From positions 1,568,001 to 1,632,000 of the forward strand of contig OZ247587.1 of NCBI GenBank assembly GCA_965233865.1: DNA of 64,000 nt, read 5' to 3'. Below, in pieces: positions 51,696 to 61,889 of the stretch. Position numbers and translations under genes: made by a program. Numbering within the stretch: position 1 is the first letter of the stretch; every line of letters begins with the position of its first letter. The stretch is from Candidatus Neptunichlamydia sp. Its GTDB lineage: Bacteria; Chlamydiota; Chlamydiia; Chlamydiales; Simkaniaceae. The notes beneath the pieces are model-generated. The model saw only the letters and a program-made list of their open reading frames with translations. It was not told where the DNA came from and made no database searches.

Positions 51696-52364
51696 CCCGG
51701 GCTTATCGGTTATTGTAATGGAGGTGCTTTGACAAACGTTCTTATTAAGAACCCTGACGGAATCTTTCTTTTTGATGAAATCGAAAAAGCCCATCCTGAA
51801 ATCTTGGATATCTTACTTCAGAGATTCGATGCCGGTCGCATCACAGACGCATCAGGAAAAGTCGTTAACTGCTCAAAAACAATATTTGTCATGACCTCTA
51901 ATGTCAGTGGAAATGCCTATGATCTTCCGAAAAAAGAGAGGCAACCTGTCCTTGATATGGCTGTAAAGAGGGCTTTTAGTCCTGAATTTCTCAATAGAAT
52001 CGAAGAGATTTTATATTTCAATCCTTTAGAGGACGCAGCGGTTTTTAAGAAAATTGTTTTTTCAAAAGTGGACCTATTCAAACAAAAGATAGAAGAAAAT
52101 TTGTTAACCCTCCTGACCCTTTCATGGGATGATGAAGTCATTGTCTTTTTAGCAAGAGAAGGGCTTTCTCCTGAGTATGGAGCTCGACCCTTAGAGCGTC
52201 TCATCGCAAAAAGTATGGAGACATTAGTCATCAATGCCGTGCTCAATAGCCACATTATAGAGGGAAGCCATCTTCACTTTAAAGTTCAAGGTGATCAGAT
52301 TATTCTTGAAATTCTGGAGTCAGCTGTTAATACAGCGCCCTTAGACCTCCAAAATAAAATTTAG
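51696..52364 (+). pseudogene. 5'-truncated ClpB/ClpC-like AAA+ (NBD2) fragment
   Basis: PGLIGY..GG.LT, LFDEIEKAHP, IFVMTSN, FSPEFLNRI, YGARPL; begins immediately at the IS3 end. Confidence 0.85.
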
Positions 52365-52649
52365 AAGAAATGCGTAATTTCTATAGAGATAGAATTTAAT
52401 CAATCACGCTCTAAGAAAGGATATTTTCAAGTTCTCCAAATGATCGTTTTGCACATGTGAGATTGGCCCATTCGATCACCGGAGTTGCCTCCTGCAGCTC
52501 CTTTAGCTAGCTGTGCAAAGAGCTCCTGTATTGAACGTATCATAGAAATTACCCCTCACAACTATGAAATTCTTTTTTATAGCCTCCAATTAAGGAGGCT
52601 TGTGAAGAGATTCTAGTCTATGTGAGGATAAAAAATCACACATTCATTG

Positions 52650-55541
52650 CTAGGGAAGGGAGATGTAGGTTCCTTCGGTTTTGAGGACTTCAGCGGTGAC
52701 GCCTTCGTAGCGGAAGGCTTTCCCTTCTGGCTGCTTACCTTCAAGCATGATAGCGATGCGGCGTGAATTTTTTCTTGAGAGAAAAGAGATCGTGTCCGTC
52801 TTGAAATCTTCATAGGTTAGGTTTCTAAGGGAGGCTATCAACTTTTCTCGTCTGTTGAAATCTCCTTTGAAGGTAAAGGCGATCTTATTCAGGTCAAGTG
52901 CCATTTGAGAGAGGTTTGTTGGCGGAGTTTCAAGGAGAGTAATCACATTTTCTCGGAGGACTTCAAAGCGGCCTTCAGAGAGCGTTGCTTCAAAATCTTT
53001 GATGTAGGTTTCAAGGAAGAGTTCAAAGCGGGCGATGAGTTCATCTGGCTGGTGAGAAGTGGATTGAACCATAAAGATGTTTAAAAGTTGCTCTTCTTCT
53101 TCTTGGCTTCCTGCTTTTGCAAAATAGGCGGTTTGTTGTTTTGTTCTGAGGGTATCGAAGAAATCTTCTTGTATTCCAATTCCTAGGACAAGGTGGGAAG
53201 CTTTTTTGGGAAATGTCATGGTTCCTTCTTGAATCACAAGGATGGCGGCGTTTCCAAGACTTTCGGTTTGTTCATGAACTTTATAAGGGCCTTGGAAAGA
53301 AGAAAGAGTCAACAGTTGTTTTCTTTTATGGTCTTTCTTAGGGTAGAGGGTGTAGGAGAGTTTTTTCGTCACGGTTTCCCAAACATTTTGCGCGTCTTTT
53401 TCTGTCATGTTTCCGATAAGGACGGCTTCGATATAAGCTTGCTGAAAAAGTTTATCGGCAAACGAAAGGTAATCTTCGTAGCGGAGGTTTTCAAGGGCCA
53501 TGAGTTTGTCAGTGTGCTTAGGGGTATTATTAAAGAGAAGGTTCATCGAAATTTCATTTGCTTGGAAGACGGGCATCGCTTTGGACTGGTTGGCGTAAGA
53601 ACTCTTAAGAGACGTGGTATAGAGATCAAATTCCTTTTTTGTCATGCGACACTTCTTGGCTTGTTTTAGAGCTTCTTCTAGTAGAAGAGATGCTTTCTCG
53701 CTATATCCGCTTACTACCATGATGAGTTTAAGATCTTGAGGACCAGTAGCAAAACTTAGAGAAGCAGCATTTGCATAGGTTAGTGTGGAAGCGAGTTTCT
53801 CATCTAATGTGTAACGAAATAAATCTACGAGGACCATTTGACGAGGCGTTCCATCTATATAAGGGGAGCTAATATTGAAGATCCAAGAAACTTCAGGGAC
53901 TTGGTACTGAGTGTCTTCCCAGAAATAGAGTTCTCCCAAATCATTTGATACAAGTTTTTTTGGGTGTGGAGTTACGACAGTTTCATCATCTCCTGGACGT
54001 GTGGTTAATTTAAGATCGCCTGGAATATATGTATTTTGCTTAGGAAGCGCAATGCGCGGATGTGAAGAAATATCGCCCCATGCTGCTAAAGACGTATCTG
54101 GAATTTTCTGGACTGCGTATTCAACTCTTGACCATTTTTCGAATTTATCTGGATTAATACCAGTAAGTTCAGGGGAAGCAACGAGAAAGTAGACGGCAGA
54201 TCCTGGAGATAGTAGATCAAGAAATTCCTGGGTTTCGCTAGCATCATAAGTTGTGGGCATAATTGTTTTTAGCGGGTAAGTTTCTAGAGGCTCATCGATC
54301 ATTTGATGCGCGTGGTTTGTGACGAATGAAAAAGGAGTGACTCGAGACTGATACTCGTAATCAATCTTAGACATATTTTTAAGTTCATGGAAAATATACG
54401 GGGGGATTCCACTTGATTTCAAAGAATTGAGGGTTTGGAAACATCTTTCGATGACGGTTTCAAACTGCGTTGCTCCTAGAAGTGTAAGATCAAAACTGAT
54501 ATAGAAAATACCCGACTCTTTGCTTAAGCGGAACATGCTAGAAGAAGTGCTTTCGACAAGTTCTTCTCTCTTAAGCTGAGAGTATAGACTGTTTTCATGC
54601 CGGCCTCCAATGACATATTCTAGGAGATCATCAGAACGATTATCAAAATTTTGAACAAACTCCTTAGGAAGTTCCCACTCAATAGAGAGATTGCGCATGT
54701 CTTTGATAGGCTTAATCGCAACAATATGACCTTCCTGTTTTTCTGACAATAGCTTCTCTCGGGGTAATTGAGTCAGGGAGTTTGTTTTGGGGACAGCTGA
54801 AAATTGGCGCGTGGCTAGGGCTTTGAGCTCTTCAATTGGCAGTGTGGAATAAAGCGTGAGATGAGCCCGATCAGAGCTGTAGTTTTTCTGGTGCCAACGG
54901 ACAACCTCTTCTCTTGGTATTCCGCCAAGCGTCTCGGCATTTCCTGTACTAAAAAGAGCGTTTGGGTGCGCAGGATTTCCTGTTTCTTTAAAGACCATCC
55001 ATCCACGGTTTCCATCACTTTCGATATTTTTGTCGTGTTCTTGATCAACAGCATGGAGCTCCCGCCCAATCCCTGAAGCGGTAAATAGAGGATCGATAAA
55101 CATATGGCTGAACATATCAAGAGTGGTTGAATAAGCATCATTGTTTACTGAGAAAATATAGACAGTTCGATCTGTAGAGGTATATGCATTGAATGTCCCC
55201 CCATTATCTAAAACTTGCTTTTCATAAGCATTTTCTTCGGGATAGGCCTTTGATCCTAAAAATAAGAGGTGTTCTAGAAAGTGGGCAATTCCAGCATAGT
55301 TTGGGTCGTCGTTCCACGAACCGGCTTCCATTGAAAGAGCCGCTGCTGACTGGTCTGCTTTTGGGTCAGAAATGAGGTAGGCTTCTAACCCATTCTCAAG
55401 ACGGATTTTTGCTGTTTTGCGCTCAGAGAGAGAGGGTGTCAGTATCTGCAGGTGGGCCTGGTCTTGAACTTCAACATAGTTTTGGGGGTTTTCGGTAAAT
55501 CCTCCAATTGTAATCAGTAGTAGTGCCATTAGTCGTTTCAT
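52650..55541 (-). CDS. ptr: Insulinase/pitrilysin M16 protease (Ptr)
   Basis: HFLEH motif, NAYT, FFDTLRTKQQ, signal peptide. Confidence 0.92.
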   Translation of the reverse strand: MKRLMALLLITIGGFTENPQNYVEVQDQAHLQILTPSLSERKTAKIRLENGLEAYLISDPKADQSAAALSMEAGSWNDDPNYAGIAHFLEHLLFLGSKAYPEENAYEKQVLDNGGTFNAYTSTDRTVYIFSVNNDAYSTTLDMFSHMFIDPLFTASGIGRELHAVDQEHDKNIESDGNRGWMVFKETGNPAHPNALFSTGNAETLGGIPREEVVRWHQKNYSSDRAHLTLYSTLPIEELKALATRQFSAVPKTNSLTQLPREKLLSEKQEGHIVAIKPIKDMRNLSIEWELPKEFVQNFDNRSDDLLEYVIGGRHENSLYSQLKREELVESTSSSMFRLSKESGIFYISFDLTLLGATQFETVIERCFQTLNSLKSSGIPPYIFHELKNMSKIDYEYQSRVTPFSFVTNHAHQMIDEPLETYPLKTIMPTTYDASETQEFLDLLSPGSAVYFLVASPELTGINPDKFEKWSRVEYAVQKIPDTSLAAWGDISSHPRIALPKQNTYIPGDLKLTTRPGDDETVVTPHPKKLVSNDLGELYFWEDTQYQVPEVSWIFNISSPYIDGTPRQMVLVDLFRYTLDEKLASTLTYANAASLSFATGPQDLKLIMVVSGYSEKASLLLEEALKQAKKCRMTKKEFDLYTTSLKSSYANQSKAMPVFQANEISMNLLFNNTPKHTDKLMALENLRYEDYLSFADKLFQQAYIEAVLIGNMTEKDAQNVWETVTKKLSYTLYPKKDHKRKQLLTLSSFQGPYKVHEQTESLGNAAILVIQEGTMTFPKKASHLVLGIGIQEDFFDTLRTKQQTAYFAKAGSQEEEEQLLNIFMVQSTSHQPDELIARFELFLETYIKDFEATLSEGRFEVLRENVITLLETPPTNLSQMALDLNKIAFTFKGDFNRREKLIASLRNLTYEDFKTDTISFLSRKNSRRIAIMLEGKQPEGKAFRYEGVTAEVLKTEGTYISLP

Positions 55542-55550
55542 AACGCCTCC

Positions 55551-56576
55551 CTATTTGGGAAATTTTTCATATTCACGATTCACGCATTCCCAGAGATATT
55601 CTGCGCGAATGCGTCTTAAATCTTTTTTGTCTTTAGCTTTTTCGGCACCCGGAAAATATTCCATATCAATTTCTTCACTGAAGTGAAGATGGATTGCACC
55701 GCCCCTAGTCACTCGCGTTTCTCCAAGCTCAGTTTCGGTTGTTTCTGGAGGGGGTAGAAGGTGATAGGTTGAGAGGGAAAGAGGGAAAAAGTGCGTCGGT
55801 TTCTTTGCCTTTTGGACCATTAGATAGTACATTCCAAGGCTTTTAGGGTCAAAAGGAGCAACTTCGATAACACCATCTGCATTTACGCGGTCTCGCCCTC
55901 CACTGGGAGCGACATAAATAGCATGCCCTCCTTCGCTTAAGAGTTCCACCATTCGATCCATGGTTCTTTTGTTGTGCATCTGTTTTTCGTGTTGTTCTTC
56001 AGGAGGGTTATCGATATACTTTTTCGAGTGAATGCAGAGAAGGTTTCTTCCCATGCTGAAAGGAATTGCAAAAGGATCGGTGGTGACTCTTGTGCCCGCA
56101 ACAAAAATGAGTTCTTCAGCAAATTTGGGATGAGTTTTCTCGAGTAAAATGCTGATCGCGTGAGGATCTGCTTCAATTTGATGGTTAGCAAAAAGAATGA
56201 CATTCTCCTTTTTTTCAAGAAGGGACTCTATGTAGTCGAGGTTTTTTGCTCCTGATATTGTCGAGTTGGGAAGGTCAACTAAAGGTCTAAGAAAATCGAG
56301 ACCAAATTTATAGTAGTCTACGGGGGAGCGCACTTTCTTATGATAGGGCTTGAATTGAAAAGGATTGCGTACCTGCTCTTTCATGAATCCAATAAAGGAG
56401 TAAAAAACACCCATATAGGATTCAGGATCCTCTCCATGATCTAGGATCACCCCTTGATAGCTTTTGATAAAATCTTTCAAGATCTGGATATACTTCTCAG
56501 GGATCTCTTTTGAGTCTGACAATTCACCAATTTTAGCTAGAAGAGCTTGGAGGTTACCATTCGATTTTTTGTCCAT
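55551..56576 (-). CDS. plsB: Plant-type glycerol-3-phosphate acyltransferase
   Basis: ANHQIEADP, PFSMGRNLLCIHSKK, APSGGRDR. Confidence 0.9.
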   Translation of the reverse strand: MDKKSNGNLQALLAKIGELSDSKEIPEKYIQILKDFIKSYQGVILDHGEDPESYMGVFYSFIGFMKEQVRNPFQFKPYHKKVRSPVDYYKFGLDFLRPLVDLPNSTISGAKNLDYIESLLEKKENVILFANHQIEADPHAISILLEKTHPKFAEELIFVAGTRVTTDPFAIPFSMGRNLLCIHSKKYIDNPPEEQHEKQMHNKRTMDRMVELLSEGGHAIYVAPSGGRDRVNADGVIEVAPFDPKSLGMYYLMVQKAKKPTHFFPLSLSTYHLLPPPETTETELGETRVTRGGAIHLHFSEEIDMEYFPGAEKAKDKKDLRRIRAEYLWECVNREYEKFPK

Positions 56577-58107
56577 CAGCCATCGAGTAAAATTCAAATC
56601 CGTTTAAGTGCAACTCATCATTACTTTTAAAAGAGATTTCTCCTTTCAGTTTTTTAGCAAGTTTCTCTAAAAGAGACTTATCGTCTTTTCCAAGGTAATC
56701 ATTCAACTGAGGGTGGGTGATTAATTCGACTTTGTTCTCATTGTGAACAGACATCAATTTTTGGATCGCACGTTCAATTTCGATTGAGATGCTTTCAAAA
56801 TTTTTGATGATTCCTTTTCCGCTGCAATAGGGGCAATGGGTAAAGAGGGTCTGAATAAGCGACTCACGTGTGCGCTGCCTTGTCATTTCAACAAGTCCAA
56901 AGTCACTCATTCCTAGAATGGTACACTTTGCAGAATCTTCTTTCATTGCTTCTTTAAGAGTGTCTAAAACACGCCTTTGGTTGCGGCGATACCTCATATC
57001 AATGAAGTCGCAGATGACAAGGCCCCCAATATTTCGGATCCGAAGTTGACGCGCGATTTCATCGGCTGCTTCCATGTTAATACGGACAAGAGTTTCTTCG
57101 ACGTTGATATTTTCTTTTGAGGCACTGCCTCTTCCAGAGTTAACATCAATCGTGTACATCGCTTCTGTTTTGTCAAAGAAGAGGTATCCACCACTTTGGA
57201 GCCAGATTTTTCTTCGAAGACAACGTTCAATTTCATTTTCAACGGCGAAGCGATCAAACATTGGGGTTTTATCCCGATAGCACTCAAGCTTTAAGACATG
57301 GTCTCCCTTATATCGATTGTAGACCTGACGGCAATACTGGTAGGTCTTGTAGTCATCGACAAGCATTCGGGTATATTTTTTATTAATTGCTTTCAGAACA
57401 GATTTTTTAACTAGATCGGACTCCCTATAAAGGCAGGCTGAGCCATCGCTTGTCTTAAAGTCTTCTTGGATCTTTTCCCAGGCACTTAACAGCTCTGTTG
57501 CTTCTGCAATTAGTTCTTCTGTTGAAGCGCTAGCGCTTGCCGTACGGCAAATCAGCCCCATTTTTTGAGGCATTTCAAAGGCTTTGATGATTTTCTTGAG
57601 TCTGTCTCTTTCCAAGCGGTCAATAATTTTCCGGGACACTCCACGGTGGGGGGTGTTTGGAAGGAGGACAAGGTATCGTCCAGGAATTGTGATATTTGAA
57701 GTAAGGCGTGCTCCTTTGGAGCCTATCGGTTCTTTTACGACCTGTACAAGAACAGGGTGTCCAACCTCCATAAACTTGGAGATATCAGCATCTTTAAGCT
57801 CACGCGCCTTGATAGAGCTAACGTCGCAATCCCAGTCAAACTCCATGTCGAACATTTCTTGAAATTTTTGGGTATTCTCTACGATATCACTGATATGGAT
57901 AAATCCATTTTCCCCTTCATTAATCGCAATAAATGCCGATTGAATGTTGTGCAAGATATTGATAACTTCTCCCCGGTAGATGTTTCCGGTAAGCTGTCTG
58001 TTTGACTTGCGTTCAACAATTAGGTCTTGGAGTTTTCCAAACTTTAATATCGCACATCTCTTTTCCTTTGACGTCACATTTAGAAGAATTTCTTTCATCG
58101 GTTTCAC
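56554..58107 (-). CDS. Ribonuclease G/E family (CafE/Rng)
   Basis: GNIYRG, KEPIGSKGARLT, IDVNSG, IGGLVICDFIDM, CPYCSGKG. Confidence 0.95.
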   Translation of the reverse strand: MKPMKEILLNVTSKEKRCAILKFGKLQDLIVERKSNRQLTGNIYRGEVINILHNIQSAFIAINEGENGFIHISDIVENTQKFQEMFDMEFDWDCDVSSIKARELKDADISKFMEVGHPVLVQVVKEPIGSKGARLTSNITIPGRYLVLLPNTPHRGVSRKIIDRLERDRLKKIIKAFEMPQKMGLICRTASASASTEELIAEATELLSAWEKIQEDFKTSDGSACLYRESDLVKKSVLKAINKKYTRMLVDDYKTYQYCRQVYNRYKGDHVLKLECYRDKTPMFDRFAVENEIERCLRRKIWLQSGGYLFFDKTEAMYTIDVNSGRGSASKENINVEETLVRINMEAADEIARQLRIRNIGGLVICDFIDMRYRRNQRRVLDTLKEAMKEDSAKCTILGMSDFGLVEMTRQRTRESLIQTLFTHCPYCSGKGIIKNFESISIEIERAIQKLMSVHNENKVELITHPQLNDYLGKDDKSLLEKLAKKLKGEISFKSNDELHLNGFEFYSMADGQKIEW

Positions 58108-58190
58108 CAGTGTGGATCTGTTCGTAAATCATGATAATATATCAATGGCCAATGTTTTTCCAGCAAATTCTTACTTTGATCTGGGACAGA

Positions 58191-59222
58191 TTAGGGGTTC
58201 AATTCAAGTTTGATTTTGTCGAGAAATTTTCCTTGAAGAAGGTTGATGGCTCCCTGGACGCCGCACTTAAGGGCTTCAGGGGTTGCATCTCCATGGCATT
58301 TAATGATAACTCCATCGACACCGCAAAGAATTGCTCCAGGATATTCTGCTGAATAGAGTTCGGCTTTTAGATATTTAAGAAGAGGTTTTGAGAAAGGAAT
58401 GAGATTTTGATTTTTTTTCATTGTATCGAGAATGAATGAGGAAAGGCCTTCTGCAGTTTTTAAGAAAATATTTCCTGTGAAACCGTCTGTGACAAGTACA
58501 TGGATATTTCCTGAGAAGACTTCCCTTCCTTCAACATTTCCAGCGAAGATAGTTTCCTCACCGTTAAATGCTTGGAGAAGCTTATAAGTTTCACGGAGTT
58601 CTGCGCGCCCTTTTTTTTCTTCTACCCCAATGTTTAGAAGGCCGACAGTTGGTTTTTTAATCCCGCGTGCTTTTTGATAAGCTATTCCCATTTGAGCAAA
58701 ATGCACAAGGTGCTCGGGGCTACACTGAATGTTTGCTCCCACATCGATTACCGCAATCGGTTCCTTTTTTGTCGGGAGAAGTGTGATTAGCGCAGCTCGA
58801 GAAATCCCTTGTAGCATTGGCAAGAAAAGGTTCGCGCTGGCTATCAATGCTCCAGTATTTCCGGTAGAAACGAGGGCATCAATTTTTCGATCCCTGAGAA
58901 GCTTCATTCCAAGGCATATAGAGGATTGTTTCTTTTTTCGAATGGCGTAAAGTGGATCGTCATCCATATGGATGACTTCTTTGGTTTGGAATATTTCGAG
59001 TTCTTTTTCTTTGAAGTTATGCGCTTTTTTGAAGGTTTGGATATGGACTGCTATTTCTGGAGTAGAAAAAACTGTCAGACAAAAGGGAGCGTCAACCTCT
59101 GAATAGAGGGCGTGAAGAGTATCAAGCACATGGTCAGGAGAGACGAAGTCTCCTCCTAGGAGGTCAATTCCCAGATGGGGGACTTTACTCTTGTGCTTCC
59201 GAAAGGACGGAGCGTCCTCCAT
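58191..59222 (-). CDS. plsX: Phosphate acyltransferase PlsX
   Basis: GIDLLGGD, STGNTGAL, DVGAN, LLNIG.E..KG, DGFTGN..LK; start uncertain (nearest in-frame ATG lies inside rpmF). Confidence 0.92.
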   Translation of the reverse strand: MEDAPSFRKHKSKVPHLGIDLLGGDFVSPDHVLDTLHALYSEVDAPFCLTVFSTPEIAVHIQTFKKAHNFKEKELEIFQTKEVIHMDDDPLYAIRKKKQSSICLGMKLLRDRKIDALVSTGNTGALIASANLFLPMLQGISRAALITLLPTKKEPIAVIDVGANIQCSPEHLVHFAQMGIAYQKARGIKKPTVGLLNIGVEEKKGRAELRETYKLLQAFNGEETIFAGNVEGREVFSGNIHVLVTDGFTGNIFLKTAEGLSSFILDTMKKNQNLIPFSKPLLKYLKAELYSAEYPGAILCGVDGVIIKCHGDATPEALKCGVQGAINLLQGKFLDKIKLELNP

Positions 59223-59367
59223 AGTATCCACAGAATGAGCACATTCGGTGGGGGAGGTGCATTTTTCCGCAGTTTGAGCAACTTGCAACATGTTTCTCTT
59301 TTTTTGCGTGGTGCGCACGTTTACTGTTCTTGCGTGCATTTGAGTGTCGGTTACGTGGGACGGCCAC
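59185..59367 (-). CDS. rpmF: 50S ribosomal protein L32
   Basis: MAVPRNRHSNAR, CxxC..PH..CxxCG.Y. Confidence 0.97.
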   Translation of the reverse strand: MAVPRNRHSNARKNSKRAHHAKKEKHVASCSNCGKMHLPHRMCSFCGYYGGRSVLSEAQE

Positions 59368-59377
59368 GGGTTTTCTC

Positions 59378-59818
59378 CTAGTTTAAATCTGCAAAGGGAA
59401 ATTGATCATTCCCTTTTTGTAAGTAATTCTTTAAGTTTGTCCGTTTGGGACAATTTTCTAAACATTCTACATAAGAAGGGATTTCTAGTAAAACAGCTTC
59501 TCGTAGAGGATCGGTGTAGTCGTAAACACGACCCCGAATTTTTTCAAGTTCTTCTGTGTGATAGAACTCCTTGACTGTGATCTTTTTCTTTATCCCTTTA
59601 TTGCAAATAGCGCAGGGGATTAGTGCTTCTGTTTCAACATCTAGATGTATAACTAAGTGGTCTTCAGCAAGATATGCCCTTCCTCTGAGTTTAACAAAAC
59701 TTTGAAACTTGAGGTCTTTCTCACTTACATCCATGAATTCAGGGGTGAGAGTTTCTTCAATTTTTTCTGTTCGCTCGTGAGATAGACGATCAACATATAT
59801 TTTCAATGGATTTTGCAT
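59378..59818 (-). CDS. YceD/DUF177 family protein
   Basis: CAIC; LREAVLLEIP..C; located upstream of rpmF. Confidence 0.85.
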   Translation of the reverse strand: MQNPLKIYVDRLSHERTEKIEETLTPEFMDVSEKDLKFQSFVKLRGRAYLAEDHLVIHLDVETEALIPCAICNKGIKKKITVKEFYHTEELEKIRGRVYDYTDPLREAVLLEIPSYVECLENCPKRTNLKNYLQKGNDQFPFADLN

Positions 59819-59896
59819 AACACGAAGATTCTAATGCAATGAGAGATAAAGATCAAGGATGGTCAGAGCTAAGGTATTAAAAAAAATAGTTGATTA

Positions 59897-61586
59897 AATA
59901 GTGTAGTCACGAGATTTCTACCCATAAAGCCAAACATCTGATCTGAACCGCAGCCAAGAAAGAGGATGTGTGCTTAGCATAGCGTGTAGCAATTCCTCTC
60001 CATCGCTTCAAATGTAAAAAAGCATTTTCTACAAAATGTCTCAATTTATAGAGATGCTTATCATAAGCTCTCTTGCTTTTCCTATTTTTTCTGGGAGGGA
60101 TAACCGCCTTCATTCCTTGAGAGATCGCTTGAGTTACGATTGCATCGCTGTCATAACCCCGATCTGCTAGTAGGTAATCGGCGTTAATTCCCTCTATTAG
60201 GTGTTTGGCCTAAAGGTAGTCTGATTGAGTACCTGACGTAATAATCGCTCTGACCGGCATACCATGCGAATCCACGGCCAAATGTAATTTCGTGTTGAAC
60301 TCCCTTTTGTCCGAGCCATAGGTTGTGTTGAGAAATTTCCATAAATGGTGCAAGCTGACTTCCTGAAGAAGGAGATCTATATGCTATACCCGCATAAAAT
60401 AAATGACCACGCCTGGTCGAAACTTTACGAATATCTGAGTAATTACCCCAAAATACACACAAATAACAAAGAGAAAACTCGTTGCTTTGTAGAGGCTGTA
60501 TTTTGGATTGCCAAGAGCGGAGCACAATGGCGTTTGCTACCAAAGGAATATGGAGACTGGAATGCCGTCTATCATCGTTTTGCAGACTGGGCTGAACATG
60601 GTGTGTGGTACAAGATGCTCTACTATTTTTCAAATGATCCAGACATGGAATATATTATGATCGACAGTACAGTCCTCCGCGCTCATGCCTGTGCCGCAGG
60701 AGCCAGTAAAAAAAAACCGGAGGTCAAGACGAGCAGGCCTTAGGTCGGTCCTGCGGAGGTTTTACGACTAAAATCCATAGTATCTGTGATGCATTAGGTA
60801 ATCCACTTGATTTTATTTTAACAGGTGGTCAAGCAGCTGATTGTCATCAAGCTATTCCTTTGCTCAAGGGTAGGGATTACAAAAGATTATTGGCTGACAA
60901 AGGCTACGACAGCAATGCAATCATTGATCATGTAAAGAGCATCGGAGCTGTTGCCATCATTCCCTCAAAGAAAAATCGCATTGATCATCGAGAGCATGAT
61001 AAAGACATATATAAAGAACGACACAAAATCGAATGTTTATTTGGCTTCCTCAAACATTATAGACGATTGTTTTCTCGGTTCGAGAAGTTAGCATCAAGGT
61101 TCAAGGCATTCCTTCATTTTATCGCGGCTCTCCAATGGTTAAAGTAAATTTCTCAACACAACCTATCTTGATTACCAACTTGTGCACCTGCTGCGTGAGG
61201 GTGAACTTTGATATGGGTTGCATCGATCATTAACCACTCATAATCAGGATCGTCCACCACTTTTTCCAGAAGAAGTTCCCAGACGCCTTTATTCCTCCAA
61301 CAGATAAAACGACGATGCACATTTCCCCAGTTCCCATAGTCTGGAGGTAAGTCACGCCATGGAGCTCTGGTACGAATAATCCAAAAAACCGCGTTGATAA
61401 ATCGCCGATTATCTTGTGCTACCCCTCCACACACCCCTCTTCTTCATGGAAAATAAGGCTCAAGTTTTTTCCAAATTCGATCTGAAATATCGTGACGTCT
61501 GTGCTCTGATACGGTCATCTCTAAACCTCTCCTTAAAAGTTTAAGAAACCAGCTTAGCACAAATTTAAACTTGTGTCTACACTATC
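59897..61586 (-). mobile_element. IS5-family element (outer, pseudogenised), interrupted by a second IS5
   Basis: TIRs ATAGTGTAGTCACGAG / ATAGTGTAGACACAAG, TA flanks; RRHDISD, PWRDLP..YG.W, MIDATHIKVH, ADRGYD, RWRGIATRYAK; two in-frame stops. Confidence 0.9.
60321..61163 (+). mobile_element. IS5-family element (inner, apparently intact, -1 frameshift transposase 60381-61147)
   Basis: Perfect TIR GGTTGTGTTGAGAAATTT, TA duplication; orfA and orfB joined at an A9 run (60708-60716); IDST..RAH, ADKGYD, RFEK. Confidence 0.93.
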
Positions 61587-61759
61587 TAACCCCATGAAAA
61601 TTCCCAAATTAAAATCTAAAACGTCTAATGATTTAAGGAAAATACAATCAGTAAAAACTGAGGTTCTCCCAAAAGAGGTTGTGAATTTGCTTGTAAAACA
61701 AGCTGCATCTCGCCGATGACTATTGTTCAATAAAGAGGAACGTGAGATAAGTGGGACAA

Positions 61760-61833
61760 TGTCCTCGGCGTGATTCGAACACGCGGCCTGTTGCTTAGGA
61801 GGCAACTGCTCTATCCAGCTGAGCTACGAGGAC
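61760..61833 (-). tRNA. tRNA-Arg(CCU)
   Basis: Reverse complement GTCCTCG..GTTGC-CT-CCT-AA-GCAAC..GTTCGAATC..CGAGGACA. Confidence 0.95.
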
Positions 61834-61889
61834 TGAAGGCCAAAATTGTAACGCAATGGAGTGATAAGCTCAAGAATTTGGAGGTTAAA

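Noticed and set aside
61590..61759. Integrase remnant or att site at the tRNA-Arg 3' end
   Set aside because: Short interrupted frame with only vague similarity; no duplicated tRNA 3' end found in the window
61770..61889. N-terminal extensions of gnd (and of recO, 27019-27162)
   Set aside because: They run through tRNA genes, and better downstream starts exist
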